Below the pieces are notes generated by a model that saw nothing but the letters and a program-made list of their open reading frames with translations, was not told where the DNA came from and did no database searches. A stretch of DNA of 64,000 nucleotides from Ignavibacteriales bacterium (GTDB taxonomy: Bacteria > Bacteroidota > Ignavibacteria > UBA10030), in contig JAPLFR010000006.1 in NCBI GenBank assembly GCA_026390575.1, positions 203,567 to 267,566 on the forward strand, written 5' to 3'. The translations under genes and the position numbers were made by a program. Of this stretch, positions 1 through 8,145 are shown piece after piece. Position 1 is the first letter of the stretch, and each line of letters begins with the position of its first letter.

Positions 1-186
1 TCCCGCCCGCAATCCATACCGGGAAAGGGCATATGCAACATTATACTCTCCGCCTCCGGCATATGCTTCAAATACTGGTGTTAATTCGATGCGTTGATGG
101 CCGGGAGGACTCAGTCTGAGCATACACTCGCCAAGTGTCAGCAAATCAAGTTCACATTCAGAGGCAGATTTGATTTTCAACGTCAT
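1..186 (-). CDS. kdgK: 2-dehydro-3-deoxygluconokinase, N-terminal part (gene continues beyond window start)
   Basis: Reverse-strand translation from the ATG at 186 gives MTLKIKSASECELDLLTLGECMLRLSPPGHQRIELTPVFEAYAGGGEYNVAYALSRYGLRAG. This matches the pfkB/KdgK N-terminal pattern (LLTLGE.M.RL.P...GG...NVA). It sits downstream of the kduI/kduD/eda genes in the same orientation. Confidence 0.6.
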   Translation of the reverse strand, partial: MTLKIKSASECELDLLTLGECMLRLSPPGHQRIELTPVFEAYAGGGEYNVAYALSRYGLRAG

Positions 187-281
187 AATTTTTCACTTTT
201 ATACAACAATTGAATTATTTCTATTCTTTGAATGATTTTCTGAGGTTTATTCGATAATACGTACTCAGATCATTTTACTCC

Positions 282-1560
282 TTATATTTCGATCTGCTCA
301 AGCCTCGGAGCTAATCGTATAAATATTATATAAGCAAGAACATACATTGAACCGCAAATAATAAAGAGCACAAGATAACTGCCGGTCCATTCAAGGATAA
401 AACCTTCTAACGTTGCAATCAGCATACCACCGATAGCTCTGCCATTCCGCCGAAACCTACAATAGATCCGATTGCTTTTCGTGGAAACTTATCCGATGTA
501 GTTGTAAAAAGATTCGCAGACCAACCTTGATGAGCTGCCGTTGCAAGACTGAGCAATGCTACTGCTATCCACACTTCTGATGCCTGTGAGGCAAATACAA
601 TTGGTATAACACATAACGCGCAAACAAGCATTGCTGTTTTCCTGCCTTTATTGACACTCCATCCGCGCTTGAAAAGAAACGATGAAAACCATCCGCCGCC
701 ACCACTGCCGACATCCGCCATTAAATAAATCACAATAAGCGGCAGTCCGATTTTATCCAATGTTAATCCATACTTCTTATTGAGATATTTCGGCACCCAG
801 TACAAATAGAACAACCAAATAGGATCCGTCATGAATTTCGCGATCGCAAATGCCCAGACCTGCTTATGCTTCATCAATTTTACCAAGGGAATCTTTTCTT
901 GTGTATCGGGAGGGTCACTTTGTATATATGCTAATTCCTCGGCTTTGAGCCGCTTGTGTTGTTCAGGCTTCTCATAATGCAGAATCCAAAATATAATCCA
1001 AATAAATCCGATAGCACCAGTCATAATAAACGCCATTTGCCATCCGTATGCAAGAGTGATCCAAGGGACAGCCAAGGGACAACCAACGGAGCAACCACAA
1101 CCCCTACATTCGAACCCGCGTTGAATATTCATGTTGCAAAAGCCCGTTCCTTTTTGGGAAACCATTCAGCAACAGTTTTAATTGCGGCGGGAAAATTTCC
1201 TGATTCGCCTAAGCTCTGTGAAAAACGTGCAACAGCAAATCCAATAACCGAAGAGGCAAAAGAATGCGCCATAGCTGCTAGACTCCAGATTGCCATGGCG
1301 ATAGAATATCCGATTTTCGTTCCAAGCTTGTCCATAAGCCTACCGACGAGCACCATACCGATCGCATATGCGAACTGAAACGCTGTCACAATATAGCCAT
1401 AGTCAATCTCATTCCATCCAATTTCAGTTTGAAGTACGGGAGCCAGTATTCCTAAAACTTGTCTATCGATATAATTAATAGTAGTCGCAAAAAACCACAA
1501 TGCACAAATAGTCCAACGTTTATTACCGATTTTTACGTTTATCTCTTTCATATCCGTCAT
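282..1560 (-). pseudogene. Hexuronate (ExuT-like) MFS transporter, disrupted by an in-frame TGA, an 11-bp tandem duplication and a 3' indel
   Basis: ORF 1129..1560 encodes an ExuT-like N-terminus (...GNFPAAIKTVAEWFPKKERAFAT) and ends at a TGA exactly where ExuT homologues have Gly (ATG-IFNSGTNVG). The same frame continues past it as IFNAGSNVGVVVAPLVVPW. The direct repeat ccaagggacag/ccaagggacaa at 1061-1082 (11 nt) shifts into the frame of ORF 419..1165 (...VPWITLAYGWQMAF...). That frame ends AELSVVC-TGA, while the real TM12 and C-terminus (IATLEGFILEWTGSYLVLFIICGSMYVLAYIIFIRLAPRLEQIEI*) lie in a third frame running from 418 down to 282. Confidence 0.7.
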
Positions 1561-1606
1561 TCGTCGAGCTCTTTTTTTAATCCTTTATTAGTAGCCTTCC
1601 TCTTGC

Positions 1607-2833
1607 TTAGTTTATTTCTAGAGTAATTTCTAACGGAGATTTTAAGCGAAGCGTGAATTCTTTCAAGTAGTTATTCCATTCATCTGCATTGTTGAAGTCG
1701 CCACTGCGTGCCCAAGCTGCTCCTGTATAGTACGTTGAAGAAATACCGAGTTCTGCATTTCCAAGAAGAAGAACATGAACACTGTCTTCCCGTATTCCGC
1801 TGAAATCCTCCTTCGTCATAATAATACCGGTACCCAGCGAGCCGTTTTCTTCTTTTTCGTTCGTTAGCCCCCAAAGACTGATCCATCGATTTTCTTTATC
1901 AAAATACGTTGTGATGCCTTTGCGTTTCACAAGACCGGCTGTAAACGGTACTTTACCTTTTGATGAAGCACATGTGTAAATCACTTCAACCTTATTGAGA
2001 TTACTTCCTGCATCAAGAGTAATTCTTTTTCTCTCAGAAATACTTTTGCCATTCAACTGAACCGGATTATACGTGACCTCAAATATTGCCCGAATCGGCC
2101 CGGTCGCAAATATCTTATACGTCGAAAAAACACCCGGCTGGCATAGAGAATCATTTTGGATGAGAGCACAACTCCCTGCGCCAAGTGTTTTTCCAACACT
2201 GAAGAAATCTGCTCCTTCTCCATGATCCTCATGATATGAAACCCGTGCAGCATCCGGTGCTTCATCCCCTTTATACCACTTTTCTATGATGGGATATCGT
2301 ACTCGTTTCGTCCAGACATCGATTCCATTGTTCACCTCTTTTGCAAGTGCAGGACCGTATATTCTAAAAGCATTCCTATCGTTTTCCCACGCTACATCTT
2401 CCCGCGGAATCATATAACCTACGTATGTAAGCGGCAGAATAGATTTTGGATCTTTGGTACATGGCATATCGATAATGAATTGTTTCGTTTCCTTAGCTTT
2501 GAAACTAGAAAAGAAAATCACTTCCTCTGGTTTGCCATTTTTATCTTCATCGATTATTTGAGTCGTGAGTTCTTCAGATGTCTTCGCATCAAAAATACAA
2601 ATTGCCGCCGGATCAGGTATTGATTTCAATTTTTCAAGGATGTTCCATTTGAGAACGATCATTTCATGCGATCTGTTGATGTCTAATGGATTCGTAGCTT
2701 TCACAATGATACGCTTGTCTTGAGCAAAGGACTCAGCATGAATCATGTTTATGGTAAATAAGAGAATGATTACATGGAGGACCACCATGATCATCGTATC
2801 ATTTTCCGTTCGTATTTTTATTTTCATACTCAT
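1607..2833 (-). CDS. Secreted DUF4861-like protein, a family commonly encoded next to kduI in pectin/uronate loci
   Basis: 408 aa with an N-terminal signal peptide. Its position between kduI and the hexuronate transporter is the arrangement seen in Bacteroidota pectin loci. The family assignment is from memory of the family, not from motifs. Confidence 0.4.
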   Translation of the reverse strand: MSMKIKIRTENDTMIMVVLHVIILLFTINMIHAESFAQDKRIIVKATNPLDINRSHEMIVLKWNILEKLKSIPDPAAICIFDAKTSEELTTQIIDEDKNGKPEEVIFFSSFKAKETKQFIIDMPCTKDPKSILPLTYVGYMIPREDVAWENDRNAFRIYGPALAKEVNNGIDVWTKRVRYPIIEKWYKGDEAPDAARVSYHEDHGEGADFFSVGKTLGAGSCALIQNDSLCQPGVFSTYKIFATGPIRAIFEVTYNPVQLNGKSISERKRITLDAGSNLNKVEVIYTCASSKGKVPFTAGLVKRKGITTYFDKENRWISLWGLTNEKEENGSLGTGIIMTKEDFSGIREDSVHVLLLGNAELGISSTYYTGAAWARSGDFNNADEWNNYLKEFTLRLKSPLEITLEIN

Positions 2834-2836
2834 TTC

Positions 2837-3670
2837 CTATCGAAGTTCATCGATAGTAATCCCATCCATATCATCGAACACCTGATTTTCACCACCCATT
2901 GCCCAAATGAAACTGTAATTACGTGTACCAACGCCTGTATGAATGGACCAGCTTGGATTCAATACTGCCTGCTCGTTGTGCATGATGAGATGCCGCGTTT
3001 CATTCGGCTGTCCCATAAGGTGAACCACAAGCGCATCAGGTGCTACATTGAAATACATATATACTTCCGAACGCCTTTGATGAGTATGCGACGGCATGGT
3101 GTTCCAGACGTTTCCTTCTTCTAATTCAGTCAATCCCATGACTAACTGACAGCTTTGCACGCTTCCAGGATGGATGAGCTTGTGGATCGTGCGTTTATTT
3201 GCATCACGCTGACTTCCGAGTTTAGATTGAGCTGCATCGGCAAAATGAATATATGTCGTAGCATATTCTTTATGTGCAGGATAGCTTACAAAGTAATACT
3301 TTGCAGGCTGGGCAGCATTGGTGCTTTTGAACTCAACACGCTTTGCTCCCCGACCGATATACAGCGCATCTTTCGAGTGAAGTGTAAATGCTTTGCCATC
3401 AACTTCAATAATTCCCTCATCTCCAATATTGACGACACCGACTTCACGCCTCTCTGCAAAAAAATCAGCAGCCATTTCCTTTTTGGCCGAGAGGAGCGTT
3501 AGAGTTTTTTTCACAGGTACGGCAGAACCTGTTATAGAACGATCAATATCCGAATAGATCATCGGCACTTCATCAGAAACAAACAGAGTTTCAATGAAAT
3601 ATGATTTTCGTAATTCGTCGGTTGTCATCTCTTTGAATCCTTTCGGATCCGTTGTGTATCGCACCTCCAT
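2837..3670 (-). CDS. kduI: 4-deoxy-L-threo-5-hexosulose-uronate ketol-isomerase
   Basis: 277 aa, collinear with E. coli KduI. Shared stretches include RRE.GV.NIG, GKGAK.V.F, NRRTI.K...P....TCQL.MGLTEL..GN.WNTMP.HTH.RR.EVY.YFN, MGQP.ETRH..MHNEQAV..PSWSIH.GVGT..Y.FIW.M.GENQVFDDMD. Confidence 0.92.
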   Translation of the reverse strand: MEVRYTTDPKGFKEMTTDELRKSYFIETLFVSDEVPMIYSDIDRSITGSAVPVKKTLTLLSAKKEMAADFFAERREVGVVNIGDEGIIEVDGKAFTLHSKDALYIGRGAKRVEFKSTNAAQPAKYYFVSYPAHKEYATTYIHFADAAQSKLGSQRDANKRTIHKLIHPGSVQSCQLVMGLTELEEGNVWNTMPSHTHQRRSEVYMYFNVAPDALVVHLMGQPNETRHLIMHNEQAVLNPSWSIHTGVGTRNYSFIWAMGGENQVFDDMDGITIDELR

Positions 3671-3747
3671 AGTTACGCTCCTATCGACTTTATCTCAAAT
3701 TAATTTCATCGTTCATTGTTCTACGGCTCCCCCGTTCACAGCTTTCA

Positions 3748-4707
3748 TTACACTTGAACGAGATGGATTGCGAAACCGCCTATTTCAAGATCAAGGTATA
3801 CAGTAGATAGTTTTCCGTCTTGCACATTTTTCGTTTCAGGTTTAATGTTTATTCCCTTCAGAGCTAGATGAGCAACTGCACGTTTAACGAAATGAGTGGC
3901 AATAGCAATGTGACCTTTCGCACCGAGATACTGCTGCTTGAGGACTTCAAATTGAGTTCCGACAAAGAATGAACCATTCGTTTCGTTTACTCCAAAACCG
4001 AAATATTTTTCTATTGTTGTGGCAATTTGCTTTGCTTCATTGATATTGGGCATATTTATTCCAATATGCCTGAGTTCAAATCCTAACATTGTGGCGATTG
4101 CTTTGCGTGTGAGTTTCATGATCTCATCAAAGCTGCCAGAATTAATGTATGCCGATGGTATCATCCAACTACCGCCGCAAGCAAGAACCTGCGGGAGTCG
4201 AAGATACGAGAGTAAAGTCGACTCTTCGATGCCGCCAGTGGGAATAAATTGCATTTCTTTGAATGGTGCTGCAATCGCCTTCAGATATTCCGTGCCACCG
4301 CTCGCTTCTGCCGGAAAGAATTTCACAACTTCAAGATTGTATTCAATCGCATACTGGATTTCTGTCGGCGTTGCAATACCAGGGATGATTGGAATTGAAT
4401 TGGAGAGACAGAATTCTATAACTTTTGGATTAAAACCCGGTGATACAATAAAACGTGCTCCAGCGTCAATTGCCGTTCGTGCTTGATCTATTGTAAGAAC
4501 AGTTCCGGCTCCTACGAGCATTTGTTGCGAGTCTTTCGCAATCTGCTCTATCACGCTTGCAGCTGCTTGTGTCCGGAATGTCACTTCAATTGCCGGCAAT
4601 CCGCACTCGCTAAGCGTTCGAGCAAGTATGACCGCTTTTTTTTCATCATCCACGATCGCAACAGGAAGAATTCCCAGCGAACCAATTTGTTCTAGTAGTT
4701 TATCCAT
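3748..4707 (-). CDS. eda: KDPG/KHG aldolase (Eda) fused to a C-terminal VOC/glyoxalase-like domain
   Basis: Residues 1-~213 align with Eda (GAGTVL, KFFPAEASGG, IPTGGI, CGGSW). An extra ~105 aa (ELRHIGINMPNINEAKQIATTIEKYFGF...GHIAIATHFVKRAVAHLALKGINI...) has the paired beta-alpha-beta-beta-beta pattern of the vicinal-oxygen-chelate (VOC) family. Confidence 0.8.
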   Translation of the reverse strand: MDKLLEQIGSLGILPVAIVDDEKKAVILARTLSECGLPAIEVTFRTQAAASVIEQIAKDSQQMLVGAGTVLTIDQARTAIDAGARFIVSPGFNPKVIEFCLSNSIPIIPGIATPTEIQYAIEYNLEVVKFFPAEASGGTEYLKAIAAPFKEMQFIPTGGIEESTLLSYLRLPQVLACGGSWMIPSAYINSGSFDEIMKLTRKAIATMLGFELRHIGINMPNINEAKQIATTIEKYFGFGVNETNGSFFVGTQFEVLKQQYLGAKGHIAIATHFVKRAVAHLALKGINIKPETKNVQDGKLSTVYLDLEIGGFAIHLVQV

Positions 4708-4731
4708 AGACCATTATCACTCTTTATACAT

Positions 4732-5484
4732 TTACCTTGCCATCCAACCGCCGTCGACGACCAGCACGTGGCCATTCATATAATCAGAAGCTTGCGAAGC
4801 GAGGAAAACCACCGGACCCTTCAAATCATCCGGTATGCCCCATCGACCTGCTGGAATACGATCTAAAATTGCTTTTGAACGAACGGAATCTTCTCGAAGT
4901 GCTTTTGTATTATTTGTTGCCATATACCCCGGCGCAATAGCATTTACATTAATGCCATGCTGTGCCCATTCATTCGCAAGCGCTTTTGTGATTTGAGTAA
5001 CAGCTCCTTTGCTTGCAGCATACGAAGGCACGAGGATTCCACCTTGAAAGGCCAGCAACGAAGCAACATTAATAATTTTCCCGGACTTTCGTTTCATCAT
5101 GTCTCTGGCCACCGCTTGACAAAAGAAGAATACGGTCTTCGAGTTAATCGCCATTACATCGTCCCAATCCTTCTCAGAAAAATCTATTGCCGGTGTTCGT
5201 CGTATAATGCCTGCATTATTCACGAGCACATCAACTTTTCCAAACGTACGGATTGTCTCATTCACAATGGATTGAATCGGATCGACGGTCATAAGATCAG
5301 CGACAATGGTTATTGCTTTTCGGTTCATCACTTTGACTTCCTCGGCGGTTTCAGTACTGTCAACATAATCCACCAAAACTAAATCCGCACCCGCCTCAGC
5401 CAATCCAAGTGACATGCCTTTGCCAAGTCCGGTGCTTGCACCGGTAACAATAGCTGCCTTGCCTGAAAGATCATACCGATTCAT
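4732..5484 (-). CDS. kduD: 2-dehydro-3-deoxy-D-gluconate 5-dehydrogenase (SDR family)
   Basis: Collinear with E. coli KduD: L.GK.A.VTG..TGLG.GM.LGLA.AG.D.V; LVNNAG.IRR..A..FSEKDWDDVM..N.K..FF; NVNAIAPGYMATNNT; RIPAGRWG.P.DL.GP.VFLAS.ASDY.NG....VDGGW.AR. The likely start is MNRYDL at 5484, as the ORF has a 19-codon 5' extension. The stop is TAA. Confidence 0.92.
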   Translation of the reverse strand: MNRYDLSGKAAIVTGASTGLGKGMSLGLAEAGADLVLVDYVDSTETAEEVKVMNRKAITIVADLMTVDPIQSIVNETIRTFGKVDVLVNNAGIIRRTPAIDFSEKDWDDVMAINSKTVFFFCQAVARDMMKRKSGKIINVASLLAFQGGILVPSYAASKGAVTQITKALANEWAQHGINVNAIAPGYMATNNTKALREDSVRSKAILDRIPAGRWGIPDDLKGPVVFLASQASDYMNGHVLVVDGGWMAR

Positions 5485-5596
5485 TGTAATTCCCTCTGCT
5501 TTTTCGTTCGAATTTATTAGTACGAAAGAAGCATCCAGCACGCACTATGCTGCGACTGGATGCTTCACATTCTACTTTTATTCTATATAAATGTCC

Positions 5597-8086
5597 TTAT
5601 TTAAGCAATAGCATTTTCTTTGTCTGCACAAGACCGGTTCCTTTGTCGAGTGGCTGTGCCGACATACGGAAGAAGTAGACTCCTCCGGCCATCGCCGTGC
5701 CACCATCCTGCTCACCTCCCCAGGTTACCTGATGATAACCTGCGGGAACAACACCATCGACCAATGTGGCAACTTGCTGACCAAGAATCGAATAGATTAT
5801 GATCGTGACAATGCTTTGTTGCGGCAAGTCATAAAGAATGGTCGTCGAAGGATTAAAGGGATTGGGATAGTTATTGTGTAGTTGATATACTTTGGGGATA
5901 CCTGATTGCAATCCAGCTACGCCTGTGCCTGGTTGACCTTCGCCACCGACAAGGATTGTGTCCTGCGTCAGAGCGTTATGATTGAATGCAATCTTCGCAG
6001 AAACGACACCAACTGTTGTCGGCATGAATGTAACATAAAATTTCTGTGTCCCTTCCACACTTACTGTTGCCGTTGTCGGATTAACCGTAAAGGCAGGATC
6101 CGAAGAGACGATGGATGTTACCGTCAGGTCGACCGTACCATGGTTCGTCACAGTCAAGCTGTCTTCTTTGGCCGTTCCGATATTAACTATGCCGAATGCG
6201 AGAGAGGTCGGCGTTGCACTGAAGTTTGCTTCTAATGCAACATCGCCGCTAACAGAAATCGTGTCCATCATTGAAGGAGCATTATGATAGAAAACGATCG
6301 ATGCGGTCTTTGCACCTGGTGTTGTCGGATGATACGTCACCACAAATATTTGAGTACTTCCAACTGCAATTGTCGCGTTTTCTGGTGTTACTGCAAATTC
6401 TGCAGCAGAAGACTTTACTGAATCAATAACGAGAGGTGAACTTCCATCACTCGAAACAATAATTGTATCTGCCTTATTTGCATTCTTTGCCACCGTGCCA
6501 AAATCAAGTGTCTTCGGCAATCCAGAGAAAACCACAATTCCGGGTAAATATCCTGTCCACGACCACCGCGAAGCGCCAACAACTTTTCCATCACTAGCGG
6601 CAAAGGATAAATTTACCGAAGAAGAGAATGAACAATCGAGACTATCAAGATACCAATCTGTCCTTTTACGATCATAATCATACACCCACACTCCAGGTGC
6701 GGCCTTTATAAAATGAGTTGCAGGTGTACCGCTCGAACCGGTCTTCTTTTTCCCGGCGCCAGCTCCAACATTATCCACTGTGTTGCCGCCCACCCCATCT
6801 CCTTCTGGCGACCAATACCATCGTATCAATTTAGTCATCAGCTTTGGAACATTTATGGGTTGAATAGCTATTTTTGTAAATGCTTTTACCGCATCGCCAC
6901 CATTCGCAATCAACTGTCTCTTCATATCTGATGTGAGAATCGGCTCTGGTTCCACAATTGGATATGGTGTATGGAGCGGGGTAACTGTATTACGTATTGC
7001 AACGCCTGAATCCGAAATACAATAATAATTATTTGAGATATTCCATGGTGTAATATGAGCAGTCGGATTGGGTTTTGCAACAACCCAGCTCATCTGCGAT
7101 TTTCCATTTATTGGATCAAGATCGGGACTGTCATTTAATTCACCTTGGCGTATGTAATCGGTATCGGCTCCCATGGCAAAATTATCGACAAACAAATTAT
7201 TTTTGATTTCAAACGGACCTTCACCAAGAGAATCTATATCACCAAAGGAAAGCATAGCATCATAGCTCATACCATTGATGACAGTATTATGATTAAACTT
7301 TATGCTATGTATCGGTTTTAGGGAAAGATAATGTCTAATAATACGATCTTGATAATTTACAATAGTATTATTTTCCATTATCACTGCATCAACCTCCGAA
7401 TTCCTTAAATCTATCCCCTTGCCTGCTCCAAAATTGGATGTACCTAAAAATCCCAAATCTGCAAATATTGAATTCGTTACTTGAATAGTATTTGCTCTTC
7501 CTGCCGTTTGAATAATTTGACCGTTAATGGATTTCATAATACAACTATCAACATAGATACTGCCGCCGCCGCTTGCTGCGATGACTAATAAAGCACCTTG
7601 TATCCTATCAAGGCCTCCTACTAAATCTTCGTCATACCCGCACATGGCAATATTTTTCAACATCACCGTATCGTTCGCACCAGTGCACTGCACAAATTGA
7701 CCTTGGGGGTTGCTCGTAGTTCCTGAGGGTTCAAATCTAATGATTGGTAACCAATCAATTGCCAAATTTCCTCTCGATGGGATGGCGTAATTTCCTGATT
7801 CCCCACGAATAGACAACTTATTTCCTCCGGGAAGTGTGAATGAGCTGTTACACGGGTATATTCCATTCTTCTCTAATACATAAACGCGTGTATGATTTTG
7901 CCAGGCCTCTGTTCCATGCGCACCCTGCCATCCTGTGCCCGCCGTATCCTGAATTATGAGTTGATTAAGAAAAAGACCTGTACCCAATAAATTGGGAATA
8001 AAACATGTGTCCTCCACTTGACTAAAGGTTTTCAAGGGAAGCAATAAAACCATCAGAAGCCAAAAAACGTACCGTCCTTTGTTCAT
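5597..8086 (-). CDS. Secreted right-handed beta-helix protein with Ig-like domains and a T9SS C-terminal sorting domain (possible pectin-active lyase/hydrolase)
   Basis: N-terminal signal peptide. The central region is rich in N/G/I/V beta-helix-type repeats (NNTIVNYQDR..., IKFNHNTVINGM...). Two repeated ~100-aa Ig-like modules (AEFAVTPENATIAVG... / PAFTVNPTTATVSVEG...) follow. The protein ends NYPNPFNPSTTILYDLPQQ...GVYFFRMSAQ...KKMLLLK (CTD). It is co-oriented with kduD, 55 bp upstream. Confidence 0.6.
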   Translation of the reverse strand: MNKGRYVFWLLMVLLLPLKTFSQVEDTCFIPNLLGTGLFLNQLIIQDTAGTGWQGAHGTEAWQNHTRVYVLEKNGIYPCNSSFTLPGGNKLSIRGESGNYAIPSRGNLAIDWLPIIRFEPSGTTSNPQGQFVQCTGANDTVMLKNIAMCGYDEDLVGGLDRIQGALLVIAASGGGSIYVDSCIMKSINGQIIQTAGRANTIQVTNSIFADLGFLGTSNFGAGKGIDLRNSEVDAVIMENNTIVNYQDRIIRHYLSLKPIHSIKFNHNTVINGMSYDAMLSFGDIDSLGEGPFEIKNNLFVDNFAMGADTDYIRQGELNDSPDLDPINGKSQMSWVVAKPNPTAHITPWNISNNYYCISDSGVAIRNTVTPLHTPYPIVEPEPILTSDMKRQLIANGGDAVKAFTKIAIQPINVPKLMTKLIRWYWSPEGDGVGGNTVDNVGAGAGKKKTGSSGTPATHFIKAAPGVWVYDYDRKRTDWYLDSLDCSFSSSVNLSFAASDGKVVGASRWSWTGYLPGIVVFSGLPKTLDFGTVAKNANKADTIIVSSDGSSPLVIDSVKSSAAEFAVTPENATIAVGSTQIFVVTYHPTTPGAKTASIVFYHNAPSMMDTISVSGDVALEANFSATPTSLAFGIVNIGTAKEDSLTVTNHGTVDLTVTSIVSSDPAFTVNPTTATVSVEGTQKFYVTFMPTTVGVVSAKIAFNHNALTQDTILVGGEGQPGTGVAGLQSGIPKVYQLHNNYPNPFNPSTTILYDLPQQSIVTIIIYSILGQQVATLVDGVVPAGYHQVTWGGEQDGGTAMAGGVYFFRMSAQPLDKGTGLVQTKKMLLLK

Positions 8087-8145
8087 GACGCACTCCTTAC
8101 AGAATGTTAAGTAATTAGTTAGTTAGATTACATTTACTTATATCA

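Noticed and set aside
1129-1131. In-frame TGA at a conserved glycine of the ExuT-like gene as evidence for UGA=Gly recoding (genetic code 25)
   Set aside because: Well-conserved neighbouring genes terminate exactly at their homology-defined C-termini with TAA/TAG (kduD TAA, eda TAA, kduI TAG). The same gene has two additional frameshift lesions. Pseudogenisation explains everything; recoding does not.
2774-5382. Multiple 60-155-aa plus-strand ORFs (2774..3124, 3155..3502, 4019..4486, 4957..5382) opposite kduI/eda/kduD
   Set aside because: All are antisense to confidently identified, full-length pathway genes and show no recognisable domains. They are typical shadow ORFs.
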